Origin: a virus
IMG/VR virus record: IMGVR_UViG_3300032294_002877
Span: 96,001 to 160,000 of that record
Reading direction: 5' to 3' (one strand)
Length of the DNA: 64,000 nt
In this document: positions 8,840 to 19,073 of the stretch, one piece after another
Layout: the number at the start of each line of letters is the position of its first letter
How positions within the stretch are numbered: the first letter of the stretch is position 1
Notes under the pieces: model-generated
The model's input: the letters and a program-made list of their open reading frames with translations, nothing else
The model's database searches: none
Told to the model about the DNA's origin: nothing
Translations under genes and position numbers: made by a program

Positions 8840-9488
8840 TACGTCTAATATTTTAGTTGCGATTGTAAACTATAATTTTAGTGACAATGCGGATTTCTTA
8901 AAAAAAAAATTCCAAAATAAATTTCCTACTATTATTATAGATTCTTCGTCTAAAACACATCCCAATGGTGTTGATTTTATCATAGAGAACCAATATTATA
9001 CAGGTCAATGGAATTGTGCGGTCAATAAAGCTATTGATAATGGGTATGATTGGCTATTTTTCATTGCCTCAGATCTGACTTTTATTATTGATCAAGATAT
9101 AGATATAATTATTAAAGATATTATTGCTAATAATAGTATAGGTATTTATACGCCGTCTGTTGACAAAGAATCAAGATGCTCATTTACAGATTTATTTAAT
9201 CAAAACACCAATAATATAAGGTATACAAATTTAGTAGAAGGTTTTTGTTTTTTAGCGAGAACACAGATTCTGAAACATATGTACCCTGTAAATTATTCAC
9301 AAAATAAGTACGGCTGGTGTCTAGACACAACGATGTGCGATATATGTACAAAAAAGAGATATAAAATAGTAGTAGATGATAGAATAGTAATACATCATCC
9401 ACAATCACTAACGTCTATTGATAGAAATTTAGCAAGTATTCAGTGTAATGAGTATAGAGGATTGTTTGCTGGTAAAACATATGAATAG
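8823..9488 (+). CDS. GT-A fold (GT2-like) glycosyltransferase
   Basis: ILVAIVNYN, YDWLFFIASD, VEGFC, GWCLD, IHH. ATG 8823 preferred over 8766. Confidence 0.7.
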   Translation: MASKNNTSNILVAIVNYNFSDNADFLKKKFQNKFPTIIIDSSSKTHPNGVDFIIENQYYTGQWNCAVNKAIDNGYDWLFFIASDLTFIIDQDIDIIIKDIIANNSIGIYTPSVDKESRCSFTDLFNQNTNNIRYTNLVEGFCFLARTQILKHMYPVNYSQNKYGWCLDTTMCDICTKKRYKIVVDDRIVIHHPQSLTSIDRNLASIQCNEYRGLFAGKTYE

Positions 9489-10413
9489 TGACAAAAAATA
9501 TTACGTTATTAAAGGGAATTGTGGATTTAATGATTTTTTATGTACATTTTTGCGATCATGTCAAGATATTGAATATATTCAAAAGCTAGGGATTGATTTA
9601 TGGCCAGTAATACAATGGGAACAAGTAGATTCAAATTTTTGGAAGATTTTTAATATATCAGATAGAATTTTGAACACAGGCCTACTTCATGACGAAGCTA
9701 TTGAGTACAATAAGTGCATACAGTCCGTTGCTGGTAGCGAAGCTATAAATTTCGATACTATAGCTAGTTCAAATAGACAATGGGATTATATTATTCGTCA
9801 TAATATTGGCGGGGCATTTAATCTACACAATTTATTTTTTCAGTATCTGTGTTTGACCAATACATTCAGAGACTATCTTAGAGAAAAATATATTCGTATC
9901 AAAAACAATGATGGATATATAGCTATTCATTATAGAATATCTGATTATTTTATAAAATACTATAAAAACGATATTGTTAATAATAATGAGTTATTTAGTC
10001 GTAAATATACAGATTATATAAATAAATGTTGTGATTATATAAATAATAAAGCAAAAAATAATAAGATATTACTATGTACAGATAATCTAGATATTATTCT
10101 TAGATGTGTTGATAACATAAAAATATTCAGCTTTAGCTTTTCTAAAACACTCATATTAGATAAGGGTATAGACGCCAATAGTTTTGATCAATTTCATGGG
10201 ATACATATCAATAAATATTATGAATCCTTCAATATCTCTAGTTATGATCTATATCTGAATACTTATTTAGATTATTTCTTAATGGTATTATCTGACGAGT
10301 TAATTGTATCAGATTTGGGCCAGTTCAGTAAAAGCGCTGCTAAATTAAAGAATTTCTTAAAATTAGAATATGGCAATGATTATGCTCAAAAAATATTTGA
10401 GAAAACTATATGA
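9481..10413 (+). CDS. NodZ/O-fucosyltransferase-like (GT23-type) protein
   Basis: GNCGFND N-terminus, IAIHYRISD, ILLCTDN, YLDYFLM, GQFSKSA. ATG 9481 preferred. Confidence 0.6.
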   Translation: MNSDKKYYVIKGNCGFNDFLCTFLRSCQDIEYIQKLGIDLWPVIQWEQVDSNFWKIFNISDRILNTGLLHDEAIEYNKCIQSVAGSEAINFDTIASSNRQWDYIIRHNIGGAFNLHNLFFQYLCLTNTFRDYLREKYIRIKNNDGYIAIHYRISDYFIKYYKNDIVNNNELFSRKYTDYINKCCDYINNKAKNNKILLCTDNLDIILRCVDNIKIFSFSFSKTLILDKGIDANSFDQFHGIHINKYYESFNISSYDLYLNTYLDYFLMVLSDELIVSDLGQFSKSAAKLKNFLKLEYGNDYAQKIFEKTI

Positions 10414-11279
10414 AATTACAAAGACCAGGATACACAGAAACAGATTTATTATTTTGTCACTATCTCAAGAATATAGGGATTTATGACAGTATTGTTAAAG
10501 ATACTGAAGAAAATTTTGTATTATGGTTATATAGTACAGCCGGATGGTACGATAATTCATTACCATATAGTGGTCCAAAGTTTTTTCATAAATACAAAGA
10601 TAGATCAGAAGTTTCAAGAGTATTATTAAATAGTGATGTTTATAAATTTTGGATAGATAAATACTATCATAGCGTTACAAATGCTGATTTTATAATTCCA
10701 TTATGTCATAAAAGCAATTTTAAAGATCATTATGAAAATCATTTCCACAACTTTATAGATTCTCTAATGCCTAAAAATAAAGTAAATACTCAATTTGATA
10801 ATTTTTGGTGTGTTTACAGAAACATATATCCTATTATTGAAAACAAAAAACTATTAGTCGTAAGTAGTTTTGCTAAGCTAATTGACGATCAATATACGTC
10901 TAATAATATATACAAAATATATTCTAGCTTTCCACAAATACAACAACTTATCACCTATAGGTTTCCATACACATTTTTTAATAGAGGTCCAGACCAAAAT
11001 AGTATAGAAACTTTACATAAAATCTATAATGATATCAAACAATATGATTTTGATGTATTATTAATTGGCGCCGGATGCTACGGATGTATATTAACAGATA
11101 TGGTAAACGATTTAGGAAAAACAGGAATAACGATTGGTCATCATATAAGTGATTTTTTCGGTATCAATCCACTTAAAAAGAATGAGTATTGGATATACAA
11201 CATTCCAGACGAATATATACCAGAAGGATACGAACACATAGACCACGGCAAATACTGGAAACCAACGGATGCTAAATGA
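10410..11279 (+). CDS. GT-D-fold-like glycosyltransferase
   Basis: KKLLVVSSF and FDVLLIGAGCYG...GKTGITIG resemble the GT-D C-terminal motif. Confidence 0.55.
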   Translation: MKLQRPGYTETDLLFCHYLKNIGIYDSIVKDTEENFVLWLYSTAGWYDNSLPYSGPKFFHKYKDRSEVSRVLLNSDVYKFWIDKYYHSVTNADFIIPLCHKSNFKDHYENHFHNFIDSLMPKNKVNTQFDNFWCVYRNIYPIIENKKLLVVSSFAKLIDDQYTSNNIYKIYSSFPQIQQLITYRFPYTFFNRGPDQNSIETLHKIYNDIKQYDFDVLLIGAGCYGCILTDMVNDLGKTGITIGHHISDFFGINPLKKNEYWIYNIPDEYIPEGYEHIDHGKYWKPTDAK

Positions 11280-12309
11280 ATCTTTAGATTTTTTCTTATC
11301 TAGATACTCAAGTGAAAATAAAAATACTGATTATATATCCGAGGAAACCCTTGGTGATCTACTAGTTAAACACAATTTAAAAAATAAGTATCCGCCGGAC
11401 TTTGCAATTTTTACTATAAATACAGACCTTAATGTTATCTGTACTAATAGAGATAAGATCAGACTAGACACCAGAATAATTCTATATGAAAATTATTTTA
11501 AAAAGTTACTTATAAAGTATGGTATTAGCATACATAAAAGCATTACATTTTTAATTGATCTGAGCGATGGTTGTCAGAATAGAGACTTTTTATTTGATAT
11601 AGACAAGATTTGTTTAGCTCCAAGTATACCTAACAGAAAAGAGTTGGGCTCTTTACCAATATCAGATCCTCATTATCTTCACCCTAACTATCGTAAATAT
11701 TACGATAAATCTGTTGAATTGAGTAAATTGACATGGAAAGAAAAAAATAATAAATTCCTATACAGAGGAACCGTAAGACCCACATTAAGACCAGATATAA
11801 GAGAAGGATCTAGTTGGATAACACCAAGACTAGACTTTTGTAAAAAATATTGTGACAACCAATACCTAGATATAGGTTTTCCTCCACCAAATACAACAGA
11901 GGTATGGCAAAAAGACTATATACCATACTTTAAAGAAAAATTATCCAGAGAGCAGATGTCTTCATATAAATATAACATTATTATTTCTGGTATAGGAGGT
12001 AATTTTGACGCATTTATTTGGTTGATTCTTAGCAACACAACCTTACTCAGAATGTGCGATAAAGAACAAGATCATTCGTTGGCTCCGGATTATCCATATT
12101 GGCTTTTATGGTTTGACTCTTTGTGTAAACCTTATGAGCACTATGTTCCATTTAATATTGATAATTTTGATACCATTATTACTTGGTGCTTGAATAACGA
12201 AAGCGTATGTGAAAAAATCGCTAATAATGCGCAAAAATTATACGATACTATTATAGACAAATGGGATGATTACAATATTTCTGTGATTAAATTTTTAATA
12301 GATCTATGA
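11269..12309 (+). CDS. Glycosyltransferase family 90 (CAP10-like)
   Basis: WKEK..KFLYRG, PRLDF, YKYNIIISG, PYEHYVPF, CEKIANNA. Confidence 0.8.
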   Translation: MLNESLDFFLSRYSSENKNTDYISEETLGDLLVKHNLKNKYPPDFAIFTINTDLNVICTNRDKIRLDTRIILYENYFKKLLIKYGISIHKSITFLIDLSDGCQNRDFLFDIDKICLAPSIPNRKELGSLPISDPHYLHPNYRKYYDKSVELSKLTWKEKNNKFLYRGTVRPTLRPDIREGSSWITPRLDFCKKYCDNQYLDIGFPPPNTTEVWQKDYIPYFKEKLSREQMSSYKYNIIISGIGGNFDAFIWLILSNTTLLRMCDKEQDHSLAPDYPYWLLWFDSLCKPYEHYVPFNIDNFDTIITWCLNNESVCEKIANNAQKLYDTIIDKWDDYNISVIKFLIDL

Positions 12310-12316
12310 GACATAA

Positions 12317-13144
12317 ATGCATAATATTTGTATAATAAGAAATACTTTTAATGACAGAAGCTCATTCTTGAAGCTATCACTAGAGTACCAGCAAAGCGCT
12401 ATTCAGCCAACACATGCTTTTCCTACTTTTATCTTTTTGGATCCACACCCAGAATACGGTCTATCCAAATCCTACAATGATGAGTATATAAATAAATTTC
12501 CAAAAATAGTTTTTGAAAATTATAAAAACAGAATGAGTTGGTATTTAGCAACAAAATATATGTTTGATAATTACCAATTTGATTATATATTATCTATAGA
12601 AGATGATGTTTTGATTAGTAAAGACTACCTATTAATGTGTGAACAAGTAGTTAAAGATGATATACTCAATAAAAAAGAAAACGCACTATATTTTCACATA
12701 GGAGCATGGGAAGAACCTACTGGAGACCCCAATAAGATAGTATATTCAGGAGCATCTAGTAGATCTATTTTAATCAATAGGAATAAGTTTTCGGTTATAC
12801 AAGACCACATGCTTGGCAACACTGAACATAATCCAAAAATAGGAAATGACGCTATGATAACACAGATACTAAAATCTCATAATATGAGAACCATAGCGCC
12901 TAAATGTAATAGACATGCTCATATAGGAATATATGGTTGGAGCAGCAACGGTGTTCATGCAGATAATAGGGGCAAGAGTAGCGTTTTTGATAACGGAATT
13001 TCTGACAACGAATTGTATCTGATACTAAAACGAAGCTGTTTGCACAAAAATAAATTACTTGAACTAAATCAACAAAAAAATCCCCAATATTTTTGGGACT
13101 TTAATCCCGATATCAATTTTACACAACTGGTTTATCAACTATGA
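12317..13144 (+). CDS. Putative GT-A glycosyltransferase
   Basis: ILSIEDDVLIS (DxD-like), GNDA, RHAHIGIYG. Confidence 0.6.
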   Translation: MHNICIIRNTFNDRSSFLKLSLEYQQSAIQPTHAFPTFIFLDPHPEYGLSKSYNDEYINKFPKIVFENYKNRMSWYLATKYMFDNYQFDYILSIEDDVLISKDYLLMCEQVVKDDILNKKENALYFHIGAWEEPTGDPNKIVYSGASSRSILINRNKFSVIQDHMLGNTEHNPKIGNDAMITQILKSHNMRTIAPKCNRHAHIGIYGWSSNGVHADNRGKSSVFDNGISDNELYLILKRSCLHKNKLLELNQQKNPQYFWDFNPDINFTQLVYQL

Positions 13145-15273
13145 AATGGAGATCGTCGGAATACTCTGTAGCGCTATTCAAACAATTAGAGTTTTTGTTA
13201 CCAGAAGATTTTGATTACCAGACATATATAGACCTACACCCTGATCTTATAGCGGCAGAAATAGATAATGAACAAAAAGCCAAAGAACATTATTTATTTT
13301 TTGGAAGAAAAGAGGGTAGAGCCTATAAAATATTATCCTATGAGTATTCGGTAGATGATACCGATTCATATGAGATATGGAACAATGACAACAATAATAT
13401 TATGGTGTTCTCCCCTACTGCACCAGATTACGATTGTAGCAGTGGAGGGAATAGGCTGTATGAGTTATTAAAAATACTCAAATTACTACAATATAATGTT
13501 TATTTTTTTTGTAATACTATTATTGATTTAAAATATAAAAAAGCAGTAAAAGATTTGGGTATAAATATTTATTATCCCAATATCGATGACGGTATTTATA
13601 TGGATAAATATATAGAGGACTTAAAAGTATCTAATGTTTATTTTGACAATGTTATATTTTGTTGGTATGATATAGGCAATCAGTATATAGATATAGTGAA
13701 ACAATACTATCCAAATATCAAAATTATAGCGGACAGTGTTGACGTACACTGGATACGAGAGCAAAGAGGAAAAGATAATGGAGAATTATCTATATCTCAA
13801 ATGTCTCTTGACCACAGGCAAAATATTGAGATGCAGGTTTATAGAAAATCTAATGTGGTCTTGGCTATAACATCAGAAGATAAACGACACATAGAACAAG
13901 AACTAGGAGATAAAATAAATACTAAAATTTTAAGTAATATTCATCATAAGCAATTTGGACCGTTAGGACCAAACATATTTTTTATAGGTAATTATAATCA
14001 TTATCCGAATATACAAGGAGCAATAGAATCTATAAAAATTTTTGATGTTTTTAGTCGTTCTCAAACCTATTTCAATCTTAAGCAAAAACCTAAACTATTA
14101 ATAGTCGGACCAAATATAGATAACAGAGTGTTGTCTCATATACATACAGACAATATAGAAGTGTGTGGTAAAATAGAAGATCTAGAATCTTTATACTCCC
14201 AAAGCTGTTTATGTTTGAGTCCACTTTACTGGGGAGCGGGAATCAAGGGTAAAATTTGCGATAGCGCCATGAGAGGTATTCCAATTTTAACCACGCCTAT
14301 TGGGAATGAAGGAATTAACTTTATTAACAATCAACATGCTATGATTGGTAATACAACAGAGGATATGGTGGAACATATGATTAATTTTTTCAGCATGTCA
14401 TACGAACAAAAAATAGAGCTTGGAAGAAGAGGACAAGAATATATTGAAAACATAGTAGGTTTAAAAGCGGCTGTTGAAACTATTCAATCTGTTCTTGAAG
14501 AAAAACATATTGTAATAAGCATAGTCGCTTATAGTCAGACAGAAAAACTATATAGGTGTCTTGAGACAATATTCGACAAAGCAAAATATTCGAACTTTAC
14601 TGTTGTTGTCACAGATAATAGCTCGGATAGTACGATATACGAAACAATAAAACCGTTTGCTATTAGACATAATTTCATATACAAAAAGAATGTGTCCAAT
14701 AGATACTTCATAGAGCCTAATAACGATGTTATGTTCGATCCTAAGTATCTCAATTCTGACGTTGTTTTGGTCAATGATGATATAGAAATTTTATCTGATG
14801 GATGGCTGAATTATTTGTATTCCTCCGCATATTCGGAACCAAAAATAGGAGCAGTGGGTGGCAAAACTCTATATCCCAACTATACAATAGCAGAAGCTGG
14901 TGCTGAATTGTATTCAGATGGTACTGGTAAGAACTTGTATAGACATTATCCTAACGATGAGCCATTGGCAAATATCAGAAAAAGTGTAGGTTATTGTTCA
15001 GGGTGTCTGTTGTATTTGAAAAGGTCCGTCATAGACGAAATAGGAGTATTTGATACAGATTTAGAAAAAATGTATTATGAAGATAGCGAATGGCAATATA
15101 GAGCTCATACAAAAGGATTCAAAACAATCTATGAACCAAGATGTGTCGCTATACATCACGAGGGATCGTCTAGTGGTACGGATATCAATAAGGGAACTAA
15201 AAAATATCAAGCTATCAATCAAAAAATATTTGTAAAGAAGTACAAAAATCTCAACATCGAGCAATATAACTAG
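13141..15273 (+). CDS. Multidomain glycosyltransferase (GT4-like plus GT2)
   Basis: N-terminal DYQTYIDLHPDL...HYLFFGRKEGR; SSGGNRL, FFIGNYNHYPN, GIKGKI (GT-B); VVVTDN, LVNDD, GCLLYL, YYEDSEW, HHEG (GT2). Confidence 0.85.
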   Translation: MKWRSSEYSVALFKQLEFLLPEDFDYQTYIDLHPDLIAAEIDNEQKAKEHYLFFGRKEGRAYKILSYEYSVDDTDSYEIWNNDNNNIMVFSPTAPDYDCSSGGNRLYELLKILKLLQYNVYFFCNTIIDLKYKKAVKDLGINIYYPNIDDGIYMDKYIEDLKVSNVYFDNVIFCWYDIGNQYIDIVKQYYPNIKIIADSVDVHWIREQRGKDNGELSISQMSLDHRQNIEMQVYRKSNVVLAITSEDKRHIEQELGDKINTKILSNIHHKQFGPLGPNIFFIGNYNHYPNIQGAIESIKIFDVFSRSQTYFNLKQKPKLLIVGPNIDNRVLSHIHTDNIEVCGKIEDLESLYSQSCLCLSPLYWGAGIKGKICDSAMRGIPILTTPIGNEGINFINNQHAMIGNTTEDMVEHMINFFSMSYEQKIELGRRGQEYIENIVGLKAAVETIQSVLEEKHIVISIVAYSQTEKLYRCLETIFDKAKYSNFTVVVTDNSSDSTIYETIKPFAIRHNFIYKKNVSNRYFIEPNNDVMFDPKYLNSDVVLVNDDIEILSDGWLNYLYSSAYSEPKIGAVGGKTLYPNYTIAEAGAELYSDGTGKNLYRHYPNDEPLANIRKSVGYCSGCLLYLKRSVIDEIGVFDTDLEKMYYEDSEWQYRAHTKGFKTIYEPRCVAIHHEGSSSGTDINKGTKKYQAINQKIFVKKYKNLNIEQYN

Positions 15274-15276
15274 ATC

Positions 15277-15304
15277 TTGACAGAAAGTTCCTGCTGGCTA
15301 CAAT
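15277..15304 (+). promoter_or_regulatory. Sigma70-type promoter for the nucleotide-metabolism operon
   Basis: TTGACA (15277-82), 16 nt, TACAAT (15299-304), intergenic, followed by GGAGA and the ATG at 15330. Confidence 0.7.
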
Positions 15305-15329
15305 ATATGATCAAGAGCCGGAGAGAACA

Positions 15330-15797
15330 ATGAGACCTTCATGGATTGATTATTTTTTGGGATTAGCGAAAGTTATTTCTAAACGTAGCCATGATGTTCA
15401 TACGCAACACGGTTGTGTGATTACTGATCAAAATAATAGAATTTTAGGTGTAGGCTACAATGGCTTTCCTCGCGGGTTAGACGACACTAATCTGCCCACG
15501 ACGCGACCAGAAAAATATAAATGGATGGTACATTCTGAAAGAAACGCATTAGCAAATTGTGTTGTTAGACCAGACGATGGAATAGCATATGTTACTGGTC
15601 AATGTTGTAATGATTGTGTTATAGCGTTGTGGCAGGAAGGAATAAAGACAATATATATGATTGATGGTCACGGAACCCACCTATTCGATATCGAGGAACA
15701 AAAAGTGTTCGATACTTTTGTTAAAATGAGTCAAATAAAAATCAATAAAGTAGATCCTGATCTTTCTTGGTTGAACGATGTGTGTGGTGTAATATGA
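15330..15797 (+). CDS. dCMP deaminase
   Basis: VGYNGFPRG, HSERNA (HxE), CCNDC zinc motif. Confidence 0.9.
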   Translation: MRPSWIDYFLGLAKVISKRSHDVHTQHGCVITDQNNRILGVGYNGFPRGLDDTNLPTTRPEKYKWMVHSERNALANCVVRPDDGIAYVTGQCCNDCVIALWQEGIKTIYMIDGHGTHLFDIEEQKVFDTFVKMSQIKINKVDPDLSWLNDVCGVI

Positions 15798-15946
15798 GTA
15801 TACTATTTTACGGTTTAGTTTTTTATTACTATTACCAATTTTTTACTAATCCATCATTCAATATCTGTGGTCCTGAATTTGTTGGTTTAGTAATTGTTGG
15901 AATAATAGCCAACTTAAGAAAAAGGGTTAACAATGATATTCGATGA
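15794..15946 (+). CDS. Small membrane protein (50 aa; not in the ORF track)
   Basis: MSILFYGLVFYYYYQFF...FVGLVIVGIIANLRKR. ATGA-coupled to the deaminase stop and overlaps the nrdB start. Confidence 0.5.
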   Translation: MSILFYGLVFYYYYQFFTNPSFNICGPEFVGLVIVGIIANLRKRVNNDIR

Positions 15947-16904
15947 GCAAATAACCAGGAAACCAGACAATTATCCTTGGACTCAAGATTTTATAGAAGC
16001 TATGCATAATGGCTTTTGGACCCACAGAGAATTTAATTTTAGTAGCGATGTTCAAGACTTTAGAGTCAAACTAAATGAACAAGAGAAACAAATTATTGTC
16101 CGTGCTCTGTCTACAATAGGACAACTCGAAATATCTGTTAAAAAGTTTTGGGCAAAATTAGGTGATAATCTTCCACACCCATCGATAAACGACATGGGAT
16201 ATGTTATGGCTAATGTCGAAGTAATACACGGAGATGCCTACGAACGCCTGCTAGAAGTATTGGGTATAGACGATAGTTTTGATGAGATTCTTAAGTTAGA
16301 TATTATAAAGGGTAGAGTAAATTATTTACGTAAACATTTGCATAAATTTCATGATAACAATAGGAAACAGTTTATATATTCTTTAATTCTTTTTACTTTG
16401 TTTGTAGAGAACATAGCCTTATTTTCTCAGTTCTATACAATCAGTTGGTTTGGCCGATATAAAAACGTATTGAAAGACACCAATAAACAGGTCGAGTATA
16501 CATCGAGAGAAGAAAATCTACACGCAATGATAGGCATAAAAGTTATCAATACAATTAAAGAAGAGTACCCTGAGTTGTTTGACGAAGAACTTAAAAAACG
16601 CATAGAGCACGAAGCAGGAGAAGCTATAAAGTATGAATGCCAGATCATAGAGTGGATAGTCAATGGATACAAACATGACAAATTAAATTCCAATTTACTC
16701 AAAGAGTTCATAAAGAACAGAATGAACGAATCTCTTGTACAAATAGGCTACGAGCCGATATTCGAAGTTGATCAAGATGTCATAGCTAATACAGTCTGGT
16801 TTGATGAACAAGTACTAGGTAATAATATGACCGATTTCTTTCATAGCCGACCAGTCGAATATGCCAAATGTTCTCAAAGTTTTGATGCTGAAGACTTGTT
16901 CTAA
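15933..16904 (+). CDS. nrdB: Ribonucleotide reductase beta subunit (class Id-like)
   Basis: GQLEISVK, EVIHGDAY, VENIALFSQF, REENLH, DFFHSRPVEY. Confidence 0.93.
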   Translation: MIFDEQITRKPDNYPWTQDFIEAMHNGFWTHREFNFSSDVQDFRVKLNEQEKQIIVRALSTIGQLEISVKKFWAKLGDNLPHPSINDMGYVMANVEVIHGDAYERLLEVLGIDDSFDEILKLDIIKGRVNYLRKHLHKFHDNNRKQFIYSLILFTLFVENIALFSQFYTISWFGRYKNVLKDTNKQVEYTSREENLHAMIGIKVINTIKEEYPELFDEELKKRIEHEAGEAIKYECQIIEWIVNGYKHDKLNSNLLKEFIKNRMNESLVQIGYEPIFEVDQDVIANTVWFDEQVLGNNMTDFFHSRPVEYAKCSQSFDAEDLF

Positions 16905-16920
16905 AACTAGAAAATAGGAT

Positions 16921-18573
16921 ATGAGTAATAAAAAATACTATTGGCTCAACAATCATAGCAGACTCTTTCTCGAAAGAGGATATCTAAAAGAGGGTCTGAC
17001 TCCAGAGCAGAGAATAAAAGATATAGCCAAGAACGCAGAAACAATACTTAATCAACCAGGATTTGCTGATAAGTTTGAAGACTATATGGCTAGAGGATTC
17101 TATAGTCTGGCGACACCGGTATGGAATAATTTTGGTAATGAAAGAGGTCTTCCTGTTTCGTGTTTTAATTCTCATGTAGACGATCAAATGGTAGATATAC
17201 TACATAAAGTAGCAGAAGTTGGCATGATGAGTAAATTGGGAGGAGGAACTAGTGGCTACTTCGGTGATCTAAGAGAAAGAGGTTCTAAAATCAGTGTTGG
17301 CGGAGAAAGTAGCGGACCTGTTCATTTTATGGAATTATTTGATAAAGTAGCCGATGTTGTTAGCCAAGGTTCTGCTAGGAGAGGCTCTTTTGCTGCTTAT
17401 CTTCCGATTGAACATAAAGACATTGAAGAGTTTCTACAGATTAGAAGCGAAGGGCATCCAATCCAAAATATGAGTATCGGAGTAACGATATCTGATGAGT
17501 GGATGAAGACAATGATATCTGGAGATAAAGATAAAAGAAAAATATGGGCAAAGATTATTCAAAAGAGATTTGAAACAGGTTACCCATATATAATGTTCAC
17601 AGATAATGTAAATAATAATTCTCCATCTGTATACAAGGATAAAAATATCAAAGTGAATTCATCCAATCTTTGTTCAGAGATAACATTACAATCAGATAAT
17701 GACAATTCATTTGTATGTGTATTATCTAGTTTAAATCTATTGCATTGGGACGAAATAATCGATACAGATGCTGTAGAAACCATGATTTATTTTCTCGATG
17801 CTGTCAATGAAGAATTTATAAGAAAAAGCAAAGGTATTAAATTCATGGAAACAGCCCATAATTTTGCTAAAAATCAGAGAGCGCTAGGTATGGGTGTTTT
17901 AGGGTGGCATTCTTTATTGCAGTCAAAAATGATAGGTTTTGAAAGTATGCAAGCCAAAATGCTCAACTCCTCTATCTGGAAAACAATCAGAGAAAGAGCA
18001 GATAAAGCAACACAACAACTAGCAGACATATACGGAGAACCAGATTTGCTGAAGGGCTATGGCAGAAGAAATGTGACGACGCTTGCTGTAGCACCAACCA
18101 CATCCAGCAGTTTTATTCTTGGTCAAGTAAGCCCGTCGATAGAGCCTCTAAATTCTAATTATTTTGTTAAGAAACTAGCCAAAGGAAGTTTCACATACAA
18201 AAATCCTTATCTAAAAAAGTTGCTCAAAGAAAAACATCAGGACAATGATGAAATATGGAAGGGTATATTAGTTAGAGGAGGATCGGTTCAACATCTAGAA
18301 TTTCTATCAAAAGAAGAAAAGGATGTATTCAAAACATTTGGAGAAATCAGTCAAAAAGAAATTATTATTCAAAATATACAAAGACAAAAATTTGTAGACC
18401 AGTCAATATCATTAAATCTTATGATACCGCCTAATTCTCCGGCTAAAGAGGTAAGCGAATTACTTATATACGGATGGGAACATGGTATAAAAACATTCTA
18501 TTATCAAAGATCCTCCAACCCAGCACAAGAATTGGCTCGTAGCATATTAACCTGTACATCTTGCGAGGCATAA
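16921..18573 (+). CDS. nrdA: Ribonucleotide reductase alpha subunit (no ATP cone)
   Basis: GLPVSCF, GGGTS, RRGSFAAYL, SNLCSEI, APTTSSS, TFYYQRS, C-terminal CTSCEA. Confidence 0.93.
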   Translation: MSNKKYYWLNNHSRLFLERGYLKEGLTPEQRIKDIAKNAETILNQPGFADKFEDYMARGFYSLATPVWNNFGNERGLPVSCFNSHVDDQMVDILHKVAEVGMMSKLGGGTSGYFGDLRERGSKISVGGESSGPVHFMELFDKVADVVSQGSARRGSFAAYLPIEHKDIEEFLQIRSEGHPIQNMSIGVTISDEWMKTMISGDKDKRKIWAKIIQKRFETGYPYIMFTDNVNNNSPSVYKDKNIKVNSSNLCSEITLQSDNDNSFVCVLSSLNLLHWDEIIDTDAVETMIYFLDAVNEEFIRKSKGIKFMETAHNFAKNQRALGMGVLGWHSLLQSKMIGFESMQAKMLNSSIWKTIRERADKATQQLADIYGEPDLLKGYGRRNVTTLAVAPTTSSSFILGQVSPSIEPLNSNYFVKKLAKGSFTYKNPYLKKLLKEKHQDNDEIWKGILVRGGSVQHLEFLSKEEKDVFKTFGEISQKEIIIQNIQRQKFVDQSISLNLMIPPNSPAKEVSELLIYGWEHGIKTFYYQRSSNPAQELARSILTCTSCEA

Positions 18574-18576
18574 CTA

Positions 18577-19008
18577 ATGTTAGTAAAAGTTAAAAAAGTT
18601 CATTCGGAAGCGAAACTACCTGTTAGAAACAATATTACAGATGCTGGCGCGGACTTGTGTTCTGTTGAAAATTTATCAATACCACCACAATCTAGAGCTT
18701 TGGTAAGCACCGGAATATCTATACAACTCCCGTCAGAAAATGTCTATGGTCGCATAGCACCGCGATCAGGACTAGCTTTTAAAAATGGTATAGATGTCCT
18801 GGCTGGCGTTATTGATAATGGATACACAGGCACCATCGGGGTGGTTCTGATCAACACAGATAAAGAAAAATCTTTCGACATCAAAATTGGTGATAGAATA
18901 GCACAGCTTATTATAGAAACCTATCATCAGTGTGTTTTTAGCGAAACAGATAATCTTGAAGAAACCTCAAGATCAGATAAAGGTTTCGGATCTAGCGGAA
19001 TAAAGTAA
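18577..19008 (+). CDS. dut: dUTPase
   Basis: AGADL, IAPRSGLA, GVIDNGYTG, RIAQL, RSDKGFGSSG. Confidence 0.95.
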   Translation: MLVKVKKVHSEAKLPVRNNITDAGADLCSVENLSIPPQSRALVSTGISIQLPSENVYGRIAPRSGLAFKNGIDVLAGVIDNGYTGTIGVVLINTDKEKSFDIKIGDRIAQLIIETYHQCVFSETDNLEETSRSDKGFGSSGIK

Positions 19009-19073
19009 AAATGCTATAGTCGGTGTATATTAAAGCATAATTGGTTATACACTCCCTATAGTCGAGGTGCAAC

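Noticed and set aside
15330-19008. Uracil-substituted genome
   Set aside because: A dUTPase with intact motifs is encoded, which argues against dU DNA.
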